A DNA stretch of 63,564 nucleotides, filler included, from Octopus bimaculoides (lineage: Eukaryota): assembly GCF_001194135.2 (NCBI RefSeq). It is 10 parts of 9 records of this genome, joined end to end, with 100 filler letters (N's around TTAATTAATTAA, not from the genome) between each part and the next. Parts side by side here need not be neighbours in the genome. Positions count along the whole stretch, not along the records: positions 33,624 to 36,133 come from NW_026299319.1; positions 36,234 to 39,550 come from NC_069006.1; positions 39,651 to 56,159 come from NC_068991.1; 7 more parts are not named here. One strand, written 5' to 3'. Shown here one piece after another: positions 34,627 through 47,496 of the stretch. The notes under the pieces were generated by a model. That model saw only the letters and a program-made list of their open reading frames with translations. It was not told the origin of the DNA and searched no databases. The stretch's first letter is position 1. Every line of letters begins with the position of its first letter. Position numbers and translations under genes: made by a program.

Positions 34627-35767
34627 CTTTCCGTATTCCCGAGCGTCATACTAATACATCCTTTTGTTGTTTACACCACCTGTCCTCGTCTGTTGTTGTT
34701 TTTTCGTATATTCTCCCATATATANNNNNNNNNNNNNNNNNNNNNNNNNNNNNNNNNNNNNNNNNNNNNNNNNNNNNNNNNNNNNNNNNNNNNNNNNNNN
34801 NNNNNNNNNNNNNNNNNNNNNNNNNNNNNNNNNNNNNNNNNNNNNNNNNNNNNNNNNNNNNNNNNNNNNNNNNNNNNNNNNNNNNNNNNNNNNNNNNNNN
34901 NNNNNNNNNNNNNNNNNNNNNNNNNNNNNNNNNNNNNNNNNNNNNNNNNNNNNNNNNNNNNNNNNNNNNNNNNNNNNNNNNNNNNNNNNNNNNNNNNNNN
35001 NNNNNNNNNNNNNNNNNNNNNNNNNNNNNNNNNNNNNNNNNNNNNNNNNNNNNNNNNNNNNNNNNNNNNNNNNNNNNNNNNNNNNNNNNNNNNNNNNNNN
35101 NNNNNNNNNNNNNNNNNNATATATACGACGGGTTTCCACACAGTTTCTATCTACGCAGCTCCCTCCCAAGCCACTGGTGGTTCCGATCTAGGCCATTGTA
35201 GACGCACCTGCCCAATGTGCCGCGCAGTAGGATTCAACCCCAAACCACGCAGTTTCAAAGCAATCCCCTTAAGCACACACCCACGCCTGCCACCTGCTAA
35301 ACACCCAAGGAGCCTTCGGCATGCATGCAAGCCACAACATCATCACGAATATATATGCATTCCACGCTGTCTGCGTATGCAAAAAATCGATAATTATTAT
35401 TGGGCGTTGTGATTGTTATATAAGACAAATGAAGAGTAGGGTTGTTTGTTTGTTTTTTTATTGAGAAAACATAGAATGCTGTAATTACTTTGCTGATTAA
35501 TATAATGTAATTATCTATATATACACATGTATGTGGGTGTGTAGGGGTGTATGTGTATGTGCGAATGTGTGTGAGCATGTGTATGTCTGTATAAATATGT
35601 GTGTTTGTTCTCGCGCGTGTGTATGTGTGTTTGTGTATATGTATTTGTAAATGAGTGTATAAATGTGTGTGTGTGTCTGTATTATGTGTGTATGTGCCTC
35701 TGTGTGTGTGTGTCTATTTTGTACGTGTATATAATTAATATTTGTGTGTGCGTATATTTATTATTTG

Positions 35768-35811
<44 letters not shown>

Positions 35812-36101
35812 TGAGAGAGAGAGATGGGGAGAGGGGTGGGTGTGGAAGTGTGTGTGTGTGTGTGTTTTGTAAATATGTCTTGAATGTGAATGTGTTTTTT
35901 TACATTATATTCATATGCAAACAATGTTTGCATATATTTGTGTTGGTATGTGTATGAGCGTATACATATATACATTACATTGATTTATATAGATGTGTAC
36001 GTGTGCGTGTGTATGCACGTGTATACATTAGATATGTCTGTATATGTATATATGCGGCATATATGTATACTTATATACATATATACTTACATATATGTAT
36101 A

Positions 36102-36133
<32 letters not shown>

Positions 36134-36523
36134 NNNNNNNNNNNNNNNNNNNNNNNNNNNNNNNNNNNNNNNNNNNNTTAATTAATTAANNNNNNNNNNN
36201 NNNNNNNNNNNNNNNNNNNNNNNNNNNNNNNNNAATGAGACGCATCTTTGCCTCCACTGATTCACTTGCAAAGTGTTGAGTAAAATTATTTCGTTGCAGA
36301 CCTCCTTTGAGTCTTTTTATTATCACTGCGACGCACATAGTCCCCAGTTGGTAACATTGATTTCAAGGCCTTCCCAGATGAGAGACTGGCATTCCACTTA
36401 ATGTCTATGTTCCATGCTGGCATGGATTGGAGAGTTATTAATGTAGAAATATGGTATCGTAGCTACTAACAGTTGAGGGTTGCGTAGTCTAGACAGCGTT
36501 TTTAGATTTCATTATTCTCTTTA

Positions 36524-36552
36524 ACCCGGGCAAAGCCGGGTATTTCTGCTAG

Positions 36553-36553
<1 letters not shown>
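36524..36553 (+). mobile_element. Helitron-like 3' terminus
   Basis: ACCCGG-GCAAAG-CCGGGT hairpin, then atttctg-CTAG|T followed by (TA)n. Confidence 0.55.
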
Positions 36554-36584
<31 letters not shown>

Positions 36585-36998
36585 TACACACACGCACATA
36601 CATTTGTTTGGTGGTGAATTCCAATTTGAAATGCATACCTTTTCTATTTCTTTTCTATTTACAGACATATATCCCTGGAACAGATCTGGTACCTTGTCTG
36701 CCCTGGGACTTAAGATGAAATCCTAGTTCCTTATGCATTCGAAAACCAAGCTTCTGATTTTCACATAAGGGCTATCAAAAGATTCAGCAAGCTTTTCGCT
36801 ACCAACTAAACTATATTTTCATCCAAATATTTGTATTGCAAGAATTCAATTTGCCATTTTGCTTTTAGTAACTAATTGACATTTCACATCACCATCACAT
36901 TGATTATCACAGCACATTTTCTATTTGTGTGTGACGGTGTATGTGTCCGTCAGTATACATACACTTTTGTGACAAGTGACACACGCACATTCATACAT

Positions 36999-37029
<31 letters not shown>

Positions 37030-37225
37030 CACATACATACACTCACACATATATAAAAAAAACATACTCACACAAACACAGAATTGTGTATTTCACAGAA
37101 AAACAATTTCATCAAATGATTCCATTTAATTTTGCCAAAATTCTTAGAAATTATGTTTCACCATTGTAAGTTGATTAATGAAATAAATAACTATTAATAT
37201 TTAAACTTGTGTTCAAATGTTTATT

Positions 37226-37608
37226 TACTCTTTTACTTGTTTCAGTCATTTGACTGTGGCCATGCTGGAGCACTGCCTTTAGTCGAGTAAATCGACCCCA
37301 GGACTTATTCTTTGGATGCCCAGTACTTATTCTATTGGTCTCTTTTGCCGAACCGCTAAGTTACGGGGACGTAAACACACCATCGGTTGTCAAGCGATGC
37401 TGGGGGGACAAACACAGACACACATACATACATATATATATATACATATATACGACAGGCTTCTTTCAGTTTCCGTCTACCAAATCCACTCACAAGGCTT
37501 TGGTCGGCCCGAGGCTATAGTAGAAGACACTTGCCCAAGGTGCCACGCAGTGGGAACGAACCCGGAACCATATGGTTAGTAAGCAAGCTACTTACCACAC
37601 AGCCACTT
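37226..37608 (-). mobile_element. SINE family A, full length
   Basis: Complete reverse-oriented copy. Confidence 0.9.
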
Positions 37609-37942
37609 CATTTATTTAAATTTAAAAGCTTTTGCCTCCTAAAGAAATCGATTTGGTTCTCCTAAGAAAAGATTTGTATTCAAAATGGGTATTTGACTAG
37701 AAATGATCTGTTTTTGTTCTCTCTCCCAATGGTTCCCATAATTTTATCCTGTATTATTTTTTCCTTTCAAATAATTTTAATTTATAGTGGTGAAGTTTTA
37801 TAATGTGGAAGAATAGTGGTCAAGGGTATGTATAGATTGTGTTATCAAAGCCTTAAGTGAAGTGAAATATAGGGTTTTTTTTTATAAAGAATATTATATA
37901 AAAGGTTTAGTATTAAGTATATCTATACATCTATACAATATG

Positions 37943-38205
37943 CATCATCATCGTTTAACGTCCGCTTTCCATGCTAGCATGGGTTGGACGATTTGACTGA
38001 GGACTGGTGAAACCGGATGGCAACACCAGGCTCCAATCTGATTTAGCAGAGTTTCTACAGCTGGATGCCCTTCCTAACGCCAACCACTCAGAGAGTGTAG
38101 TGGGTGCTTTTACATGTCACCCACACGAAGGCCAGTCAGGCGGTACTGGCAACGGCCACGCTGAAAATGGTGTATTTTATGTGCCACCCGCACAAGAGCC
38201 AGTCC
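37943..38205 (-). mobile_element. Interspersed repeat family D with RTE-like tail
   Basis: (cat)n-gtttaacgtccgctttccatgc...gctggatgcccttcctaacgccaacc. Partial copies at about 25905-26030 and 36395-36430. Confidence 0.65.
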
Positions 38206-38520
38206 GAATATATAAGAAAGTAAATAGATAAATAAAAAATAAGTAAGCAAATAGAATAATTAGACAGCTAGATAATTAATATTAGATAAAATTATGCAAT
38301 GGGGTGGGGAAGTTCAATATTAATATAATGTCAAGAAATAGGGTGGAGGTAGATGTAGTAAAGCAAAGTTACATTAACAGTACATAAAGGGGGGGGATAT
38401 AAATTATCAATGTAAAATCAAAATAATTGTTACTTAGATAAGGGGATGAAATAATGGGTATAAATATTTAAAAAGTATAAGAGCATATTAGAAGAATAGG
38501 AAAAGAATAGGCATTCTTTT

Positions 38521-38826
38521 ATGCTGGAGCACCGCCTTTAGTCAAGCAAATCAACCCCAGGACTTATTCTTTGTAAGCCTAGTACTTATTCTATCGGTCT
38601 CTTTCGCCAAACCACAAAGTTAAGCGGGACGTAAACACACCGGCATCGGTCGTCAAGCGATGTTGGACACACATATACACACACACACACACACAACAGG
38701 CTTCTTTCATTTTCCATCTACCAAATCCACTCACAACGCTTTGGTTGGCCCAAGGCTATAGCAGAAGACACTTGTCCAAGGTGCCACGCAGTAGGACTGA
38801 ACCCGGAACCATATGGTTGGAAAGCA
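38521..38826 (-). mobile_element. SINE family A (tail-truncated)
   Basis: Family-A core and most of the tail. Confidence 0.85.
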
Positions 38827-38844
38827 AGCTACTTACCACACAAC

Positions 38845-39222
38845 CACCAACACAGATATGGAGATATCTTTGAAAGATTTTTTTAAAACTAAGAAAATTC
38901 TGTTACCAAATATTCACTTGGATACATTCAAACAGGAATTATGGACTACTATTAAGAACTTAAAATTTAGAAAAACCACCCTTCAAGCAATAATGAACAT
39001 CAGAGAAAACTCAAGAACTTAATACATGAACTAAGGACAAACAAAAAATGGGATTATTCTACAGTCTGATAAAACAAGAAACTCATACAACCTCAGTACT
39101 GATACATACCATAATTTACTCCATAAAGAAATTACAAAAAAATATAAAGTAGTTAGCAAAAACACTCTTAAACTAATCAATTTAGATGCAAAGAAGATTA
39201 TGTACAAATATAATTTTCCAGA
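38845..39222 (+). pseudogene. Penelope-like element, pre-RT region fragment
   Basis: FKQELWTTIKNLKFRK...SDKTRNSYNLSTDTYHNLLHKEITKKYK resembles the ADKTRN.Y....Y..LL...IT..YK motif preceding Penelope RT. Confidence 0.55.
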
Positions 39223-39223
39223 G

Positions 39224-39550
39224 TGGAGGCGCAATGGCCCAGTGGTTAGGGCAGCAGACTCGCGGTCATAGGATTGCGGTTTCGATTCCCAGACCAGGCG
39301 TTGTGAGTGTTTATTGAGTGAAAACACCTAAAAGCTCCACGAGGCTCCAGCAAGGGATGGTGGTGAACTCTGCTGTACTCTTTCACCACAACTTTCTCTC
39401 ACTCTTCCTGTTTCTGTTGTGCCTGTAATTCAAAGGGCCAGCCTTGTCACACTGTGTCACGCTGAATATCCCCGAGAACTACGTTAAGGGTACACGTGTC
39501 TGTGGAGTGCTCAGCCACTTGCACGTTAATTTCACGAGCAGGCTGTTCCG
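39224..39550 (+). mobile_element. SINE family C, near full length
   Basis: Same head and body as 21924. It ends at a gap. Confidence 0.9.
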
Positions 39551-40206
39551 NNNNNNNNNNNNNNNNNNNNNNNNNNNNNNNNNNNNNNNNNNNNTTAATT
39601 AATTAANNNNNNNNNNNNNNNNNNNNNNNNNNNNNNNNNNNNNNNNNNNNATATATATATATACCTACATACATATATACAAATACACATATATACAAAT
39701 ACATATATACACATACACACACACACAGGCACTCACACATGTGTATATGCGTGTGTGTGTGTGTGTGTGTGAGCGCGCGCATGTATGTGTATGCGTGCGT
39801 GGATGTGTATATACATGTAAAGGAGGGTTAAGTGTATAAAACAAAGTGTTGTCTGTCTTCTTGATGCTTGACAGTAATTGCTTGATTTACGACATCATTA
39901 GTCGATATCGGCAGCTTTATAAATAGGCAGATGGTGACGAGGGAGTAAGGGCCCGGTTAAACGAGAACAGAAGAACAGAAACTGGCAGTGGAAGGGGCAC
40001 AGGGAATTAGTTTGAGATAACAAAGGATGTTAACGCACTCCAGAAGAAATATGTCATTTCGTATAGTCCAAAGTTAAGATGGATTCTTTTAGAAAGACAT
40101 GGCGTCCGACAGATAAACTTAGGAGACGAACCAAAGCTGAGTTCTATATGTGGTCGCTGGACCTGCAAGAAATAGTAGCCAAATCTCCTTTTGTCACACT
40201 CTAGTG

Positions 40207-40548
40207 CATAGGTTCTCAACCATTTTTTTTTTATCTATGGACCCCTTTGATTACTATTTTATTCTGGTGGACACCCACAGTCATTCGATGTTCAAAAACT
40301 AGTTTTATAGAAACTTCTTTCAAAATTGCTATTTTGTTTTTCACACGTTAACTTGTGCAGGTTGAGCGATGTAAAATGTTAGAGAAAGAAACCTAGCTGT
40401 TTCTTTTAATGCATACATCTAAAGCAAAAAATTTTTCGGGGCCCTTAAAATATTATTGCGGATCCCCAATTGACTATTTTGCTACATGGATTTCCAAAAA
40501 TCTTATATGGTCCCTCAGGAGCCATATGGACCTGTTTCAAAGCCACTA
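40207..40548. mobile_element. hAT-Charlie-like MITE
   Basis: Left end cataggttctcaacc, right end ...aaagccacta. TSD CTCTAGTG (40199-40206) / CTCTAGTT (40549-40556). Second copy at 61421-61815. Confidence 0.75.
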
Positions 40549-41074
40549 CTCTAGTTTAATTTTAAAATTTAAGAAGGGAGCACCCATATAACAATGCTGT
40601 TTTATATACAATGTTTGAAAAATGAAAATGGTGTAATCGTGAATAGAACCACTTTAGTGTGGAGGTTAGTCATATAGTCTTCGTTGCCTGTTCACAATGT
40701 TTTATAGGTTGCGTGTGAAGACAATGACCCCACAAGAATTTGGGTTTATAAATATTTTATTAACCTGCATTGTTGATATTTACAAAAGGGCAGGTCAGGT
40801 CAGATGTGAAGATGTGCGTTGTTGCAGCTTTGTACCACCCAAGCGACAACCCTTCAACCCAACCTACTTGGGTCTGTTTGGGCAGTCTTTGCTGGTGAGG
40901 GTTTTACGATGTTGTCGTGCAAATCCTACATCAAGCCTCCTTTAGACGCCTTTTGGCATGCCAATCCCCACACAAAGTATACCCAATGTATTAATGAATC
41001 AACGTTCAAGTACATAACATTTAGAAATATTCTGTAATACAACTTGCTACATAATATTATCAATGCATATAAGA

Positions 41075-41545
41075 CGGCGAGCTGGCAGAATCGTTAGCAT
41101 GCCGGACAAAATGCTTAACGGCATTTCATCCGTCTTTGCCTTCTGAGTTAAAATACCACTGAGTCGACTTTGCCTTTCATCCTCTCGGGATCGATAAAAT
41201 GAGTACCAATTGAGCACTGGGCTCGATGTAATCGACTTAAACCCTCCCAGAAATTGTTAGCCTTGTGCCGAGACTTTATCAAGAACAGGAAAGTCATTAA
41301 CTTAGAGTATAAAGTAAATTTTGTGGAGGCGCGTGGCTCAGTGGTTAGGGTGTCAGCATCACGATCGTAAGGTTGTGGTTTCGATTCCTGGATCGGCCGA
41401 CGCGTTGTGTTCTTGAGCAAAACCCTTCATTTCACGTTGCTCCAGTTCACTCAGCTAGCAAAAATGAGTAACTGGGGAACACATACGCCATTGAAACCGG
41501 GAAACCGGGCCCATGAGCCTGGCTAGGCTTTAAAAGGGCGCATTT
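41075..41545 (+). mobile_element. SINE family B followed by a C'-head SINE
   Basis: Family B at about 41075-41275. tRNA-like head ggaggcgcgtggctcagtgg at about 41325 with a third type of tail. Confidence 0.8.
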
Positions 41546-42451
41546 ATTATAAAGTAAATTTACAACTTCTGTTTTACTAATATTTTTACCATTTCACTTG
41601 TTAAAAACTTACAAAATCTATTTTTAGAATAAAATTTATAAATTATCATCCATTTTAAGTTAGTTTACTCGTGATACCTCACTAACTATTTAGGTGGGCG
41701 CTAGGCGTAACAACTACTTAAAAGGGCACTGTAAAGAAAAAAAAAGAGGTTAATAACAACTGCTCTACATGGTTGTTGAGCCTACNNNNNNNNNNNNNNN
41801 NNNNNNNNNNNNNNNNNNNNNNNNNNNNNNNNNNNNNNNNNNNNNNNNNNNNNNNNNNNNNNNNNNNNNNNNNNNNNNNNNNNNNNNNNNNNNNNNNNNN
41901 NNNNNNNNNNNNNNNNNNNNNNNNNNNNNNNNNNNNNNNNNNNNNNNNNNNNNNNNNNNNNNNNNNNNNNNNNNNNNNNNNNNNNNNNNNNNNNNNNNNN
42001 NNNNNNNNNNNNNNNNNNNNNNNNNNNNNNNNNNNNNNNNNNNNNNNNNNNNNNNNNNNNNNNNNNNNNNNNNNNNNNNNNNNNNNNNNNNNNNNNNNNN
42101 NNNNNNNNNNNNNNNNNNNNNNNNNNNNNNNNNNNNNNNNNNNNNNNNNNNNNNNNNNNNNNNNNNNNNNNNNNNNNNNNNNNNNNNNNNNNNNNNNNNN
42201 NNNNNNNNNNNNNNNNNNNNNNNNNNNNNNNNNNNNNNNNNNNNNNNNNNNNNNNNNNNNNNNNNNNNNNNNNNNNNNNNNNNNNNNNNNNNNNNNNNNN
42301 NNNNNNNNNNNNNNNNNNNNNNNNNNNNNNNNNNNNNNNNNNNNNNNNNNNNNNNNNNNNNNNNNNNNNNNNNNNNNNNNNNNNNNNNNNNNNNNNNNNN
42401 NNNNNNNNNNNNNNNNNNNNNNNNNNNNNNNNNNNNNNNNNNNNNNNNNNN

Positions 42452-43619
42452 GACACAGTGTGACAAGGCTGACCCTTTGAATTACAGGCACAACAGAAAC
42501 AGGAAGTAAGAGTGAGAGAAAGTTGTGGTGAAAGAGTACAGCAGGGTTCGCCACCATCCCCTGCCGGAGCCTCGTGGAACTTTAGGTGTTTTCGCTCAAT
42601 AAACACTCACAACGCCCAGTCTTGGAATCGAAACCGCGATCCTATGACCGCGAGTCCGCTGCCCTAACCACTGGGCCATTGCGCCGTCAACCATACTAAG
42701 TCTGCTCAGTCAGGGCTGACCTGGGACTAAACAACAGTAGTCACAACTAAACAAAAATGTATAAAGTGCAGGTGTATATTTATTACTATTACAATATTAC
42801 AGTAGAACGATAAATACTGTATCAATCCCCTTTAATTCATCTTCGCTCGGTAGATTCATTCCATCACTTATTAAGGCATTTTCATTTCATCATAATCGTT
42901 CCACACTTGGAAATAGCAAACTGTATTCTGATGTCACACACACACACACANNNNNNNNNNGGTTGTTGAGCCTACTAGAAATAGCAACCAAATTCCATCA
43001 CATCACACCCAGTTTTGGACACTGTTGCCCTAGATATGAAAAATGATGTGGAGGCCATGCCTGAAATACCTTTGATCACAGGACTGTTTCACAACACATT
43101 AAAACTTGATATCACCCTACATTACATTATTGTAAATAATATTACATGCCTTAAAGCTGTCACAGCTCAGTAATTGTTTTAGCTATTTGAAACGAACGAA
43201 GTAAAGGTACGTGGCTTTGTGGTTTGGCCTGCTCTAAGCCATCCTTTTAGAATCTTCGGCAAAACTGTTTGGTGGGAAAATTCGTACACTTGCTTGGAAG
43301 TTTGCTGCATCAACCATATTGTTGTTGTTGGCACTCTGTCGCTTACGACGTCGAGAGTTCCAATTGATCCTCAACGGAACAACCTGCTCGTGAAATTAAC
43401 GTGCAAGTGGCTGAGCACTCCACAGACGCGTGTACCTTTAACATAGTTCTCGGACATATTCAGCATGACACAGTGTGACAAGGCTGACCCTTTGAATTAC
43501 AGGCACAACAGAAACAGGAAGTAAGAGTGAGAGAAAGTTGTGGTGAAAGAGTACAGCAGGGTTCGCCACCATCCCCTGCCGGAGCCTCGTGGAACTTTAG
43601 GTGTTTTCGCTCAATAAAC
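42452..43619 (-). mobile_element. SINE family C split over two mis-ordered contigs
   Basis: 42452-42604 is identical to 43467-43619. The head at 42600-42685 and the tail at 43325-43470 make one element. Confidence 0.8.
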
Positions 43620-46524
43620 NNNNNNNNNNNNNNNNNNNNNNNNNNNNNNNNNNNNNNNNNNNNNNNNNNNNNNNNNNNNNNNNNNNNNNNNNNNNNNNNN
43701 NNNNNNNNNNNNNNNNNNNNNNNNNNNNNNNNNNNNNNNNNNNNNNNNNNNNNNNNNNNNNNNNNNNNNNNNNNNNNNNNNNNNNNNNNNNNNNNNNNNN
43801 NNNNNNNNNNNNNNNNNNNNNNNNNNNNNNNNNNNNNNNNNNNNNNNNNNNNNNNNNNNNNNNNNNNNNNNNNNNNNNNNNNNNNNNNNNNNNNNNNNNN
43901 NNNNNNNNNNNNNNNNNNNNNNNNNNNNNNNNNNNNNNNNNNNNNNNNNNNNNNNNNNNNNNNNNNNNNNNNNNNNNNNNNNNNNNNNNNNNNNNNNNNN
44001 NNNNNNNNNNNNNNNNNNNNNNNNNNNNNNNNNNNNNNNNNNNNNNNNNNNNNNNNNNNNNNNNNNNNNNNNNNNNNNNNNNNNNNNNNNNNNNNNNNNN
44101 NNNNNNNNNNNNNNNNNNNNNNNNNNNNNNNNNNNNNNNNNNNNNNNNNNNNNNNNNNNNNNNNNNNNNNNNNNNNNNNNNNNNNNNNNNNNNNNNNNNN
44201 NNNNNNNNNNNNNNNNNNNNNCCCCTTACACCTTTTATCAAAGAAGCTCAGGCAGTGTGGCTGTACTCGATAGCTACAATGAGACCTTGTATAAGTGGGC
44301 AAAACTGAAAGGTCTAATGTCATATCTTTTCCTTTCCTGCGAAGCTTTCGTTGTCTTCTTCCGGTATCACTGGAAGCGAGGGTCGAGGGAGGAGGAGGGA
44401 AGTCTTAATCTCCAGTGAATGTGATAAGTTGTTAGTGTTGTTTGACCCCAGTTCCAGTTCATTCTTGATCGAGCACACCTATAGTCAATGACGTTCCAGC
44501 CATGACCAACTCGTCATTTTTCAAGCATAGTGTATTTAAGACAATGACCTTTGAGCGTCGAATAATATCGTTCACACTGTATCTGTTAATCAACAGCGAC
44601 AAAGCATTTACTTTAGCCAAGCTCTCAAAAATTAGGTGTGCAATGTCTTACAAGCTGGAAGTTTATTTTTCAATATGTTTTAAGTTCCTGAAGATATTTC
44701 CCACACAGCTTCAGAACTATCGGACGAACCTACCCCAACAGATTTCTAAAGAAGAAACGCTTTACACACCAGCAAAAAGCGGATCAAAGCTAATGTATGA
44801 ATGTGTTTTCTGGATAATTGAAAATGACAGGAAGTGTCGATTATGTTACATGTCTGTGGAAGATATTACAAGTGATAAGCAGCTACTCCGAAATGTCATC
44901 AAGATACCACATTTATTTGCTTTATGACTTTGTTGTCAAAACATTATTCAATGGCTAACTGTGGGTGAGTGCACTGAACTCAATATTAAAATAATTAGTT
45001 CTGACGGCGAGTATATTCACGCGTTCCAATAGAAGTTACTATTGAGGGAAAGTCTAGTTTAAAATGCTGCCAAATTCTAACACAACAGGCCAAAAAAGCC
45101 AACAAAAAGGGTATCTACGGGGGTCAAGCACTAACAGCCAAACCTCTCAGATTACGCCCCCACCGTCTAAAACAAAAGGGAGGACACCTTGGATAATGCA
45201 GACCTGGATATACAAAAGCGTGGTCGACATTCAGATAGAATTCCTTTTATCATAGGTCTGTTCACAAGGCTAAACGGCTTCAGCAGTAGTACCTACGACA
45301 TCTGACAACTGTTTAAGATAGAAAACATCTAGTCGGGGGTCAGCCGCCATGCTGCTGTGAACATTACTTTCAAAATAATTGAAAAATGATTCCATAAACA
45401 ACAGTTACGAAACGCACAACTTCATAAATTTGCATTTGTACCTATAATTACCTATAATTACTGGTGACCTTCGTTAGTGTTTAAGAATTAGCATTTCAAA
45501 GCTGGGGTTTTCAAGCGATCGGTCTATATCTCAGTCTCTTAGTGGAATAGTAGAAATATGCAAGACATTTAGTATGTAAGACTTTATTGCTATAGTAATC
45601 TAAATTCCAGTAAGGGGACTTTGTTTCTAAGAGAATCCAAAGCGTTTGGAAAGAAAGACGTACCTATACACGCATGCATTTAATATTCATACATTACATG
45701 CATTAATTACATTCATGCATGATATCCAGTTCATTTAAACACACACTAGCGTTTTTGGTAGCGACGTAGGTTTTGTTACACCGAGATTATTTTAGTTTAT
45801 GTTTTTGAATAGGAGCAATGGCGAAAATACGTGAAGGGAAGGAGTAAATGACAGAAGAGCTGACAGTCAATGACATTAATAGTTGTTGATTAGACCCAGG
45901 TCAGTCGTGAGTGATTAGGTCAATGATGAAAGCCTTAGGCATGACTACTCATCTTTTTATATATATACGGGCTACATTCTCTTATGTATCCTTCCTTTTT
46001 GTTGAGATTACATACACAATATGCATACGTACATATAAATATACACGCACACACGCACACACGCACACACGCACACACGCACACACACACACACACACAC
46101 ACATAAAGGCTGGTCAGTGTTTGCTTTGTATCTGCACCTGACCATGCTGTGGTTTCCATTTTCCACGCCGCAGATAGTATCCAAGAGAACGACAAGACTG
46201 ATACAGCTTGGAACTTGTATTGAGCCTATAGTAGAAGACACTTGCCCGAGATACCCCAGGTCCTGGTAATTGCGAAGCAACCTTTTTAACCGCTAGGCTA
46301 TGATTCTACACATATTATTATCATCATTAACACAAGCTATCTACAGCAGCGAACGTGCATCTTCCATTCATTAATATCCCCATCATTCGAGGAACCCCCA
46401 AGTTTCCTTGAAAAAAATCTGGGGTTCTTCGAGATAAGGTGATTTCTTTTTTTAAATAAAGTTTAATAAAAGTTTGTTTCATTAAAAAATGCTAGCCACC
46501 ATTTTCAGTGAAAATTATTATATG

Positions 46525-46788
46525 TGTAGCGGCAGCTAGATAGTTGAGTGATCTCCCTTGCAAGAAAGATTATAGAGTAACCTCCCTTTTCTAAGTTTCT
46601 CGAAGCATCTGTGTCATGAGACGTGATTCTTAATTATTCAAGAAGCTTAGCGTTTCTCTTGGAAATTTCTAGAATGTCTAGCGTTCCATTAATAAAAACA
46701 GCTTGCTAACCCTGCTCTTCGCTTCTTAGTCGATTAGACTTAGAGCCATTCACATCATTGCTATGTCCGTCTATTTCTCTACGCCACA
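46525..46788 (+). mobile_element. Possible solo LTR
   Basis: Begins TGTAGCG and ends CGCCACA (imperfect inverted termini). Contains AATAAA at about 46691. No TSD found. Confidence 0.35.
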
Positions 46789-47086
46789 TGTTTGAAAACC
46801 ACCACTTAGCTGTTATTTCTACATTTTCTATCTCTGAACTTTCTTGCATAGATTACTTCATTCAACTAGATTCTACATTTTGATTATGCATCATCATCGA
46901 CCAGTAAATAAAATATAATTTTTATGTAGTTCCTGAATTTATTCTTCATCTCTATATGAACTCTTGTAATAATATACACGCAGCCACATCAGCAATTTGT
47001 ACTGACTATATATAACCACCACATATGCTTTGTTTTGTTATATGTAAACACACATAGGCACATAATTATTTCAAAACCAGTTAACT

Positions 47087-47291
47087 ATATTTCGAATGCC
47101 TTTAATACGTACGTTTCAAATTGCTACGTAATAATTTGTTACGTAGGTACGATCTTCATCAGTCGATTACTAGCAAAATATCAGTATTACAATCGGTATT
47201 ACAGTCGGTAATCGACAGATAATAATGGCACCTCCGTAACAAGTTGTTACGTAGCCATATGAAATTTTCGTTTTAAATACATTCAAAATAT
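47087..47291. mobile_element. About 205-bp palindromic MITE-like hairpin
   Basis: atatttcgaatg...gctacgtaataatttgttacg is mirrored by cgtaacaagttgttacgtagc...cattcaaaatat. Inner gtcgattact / ggtaatcgac. Confidence 0.7.
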
Positions 47292-47441
47292 AAGTAATTA
47301 TATTTGTGATAATTCTAATAATATACAACTCATGTTAACAATAACCTGTCCCTGCTTTGGTAATATGGTTTATAAGGCAATACGAGTGTTGGAATGGAAA
47401 AGTAATCCGGTAAAGTGTACTGCATCAAGTCATACACCCGA

Positions 47442-47496
<55 letters not shown>

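Noticed and set aside
44502-44927. 141-aa ORF in unique-looking sequence
   Set aside because: It starts within a family-E repeat, has no recognisable motif and has no supported splice partners.
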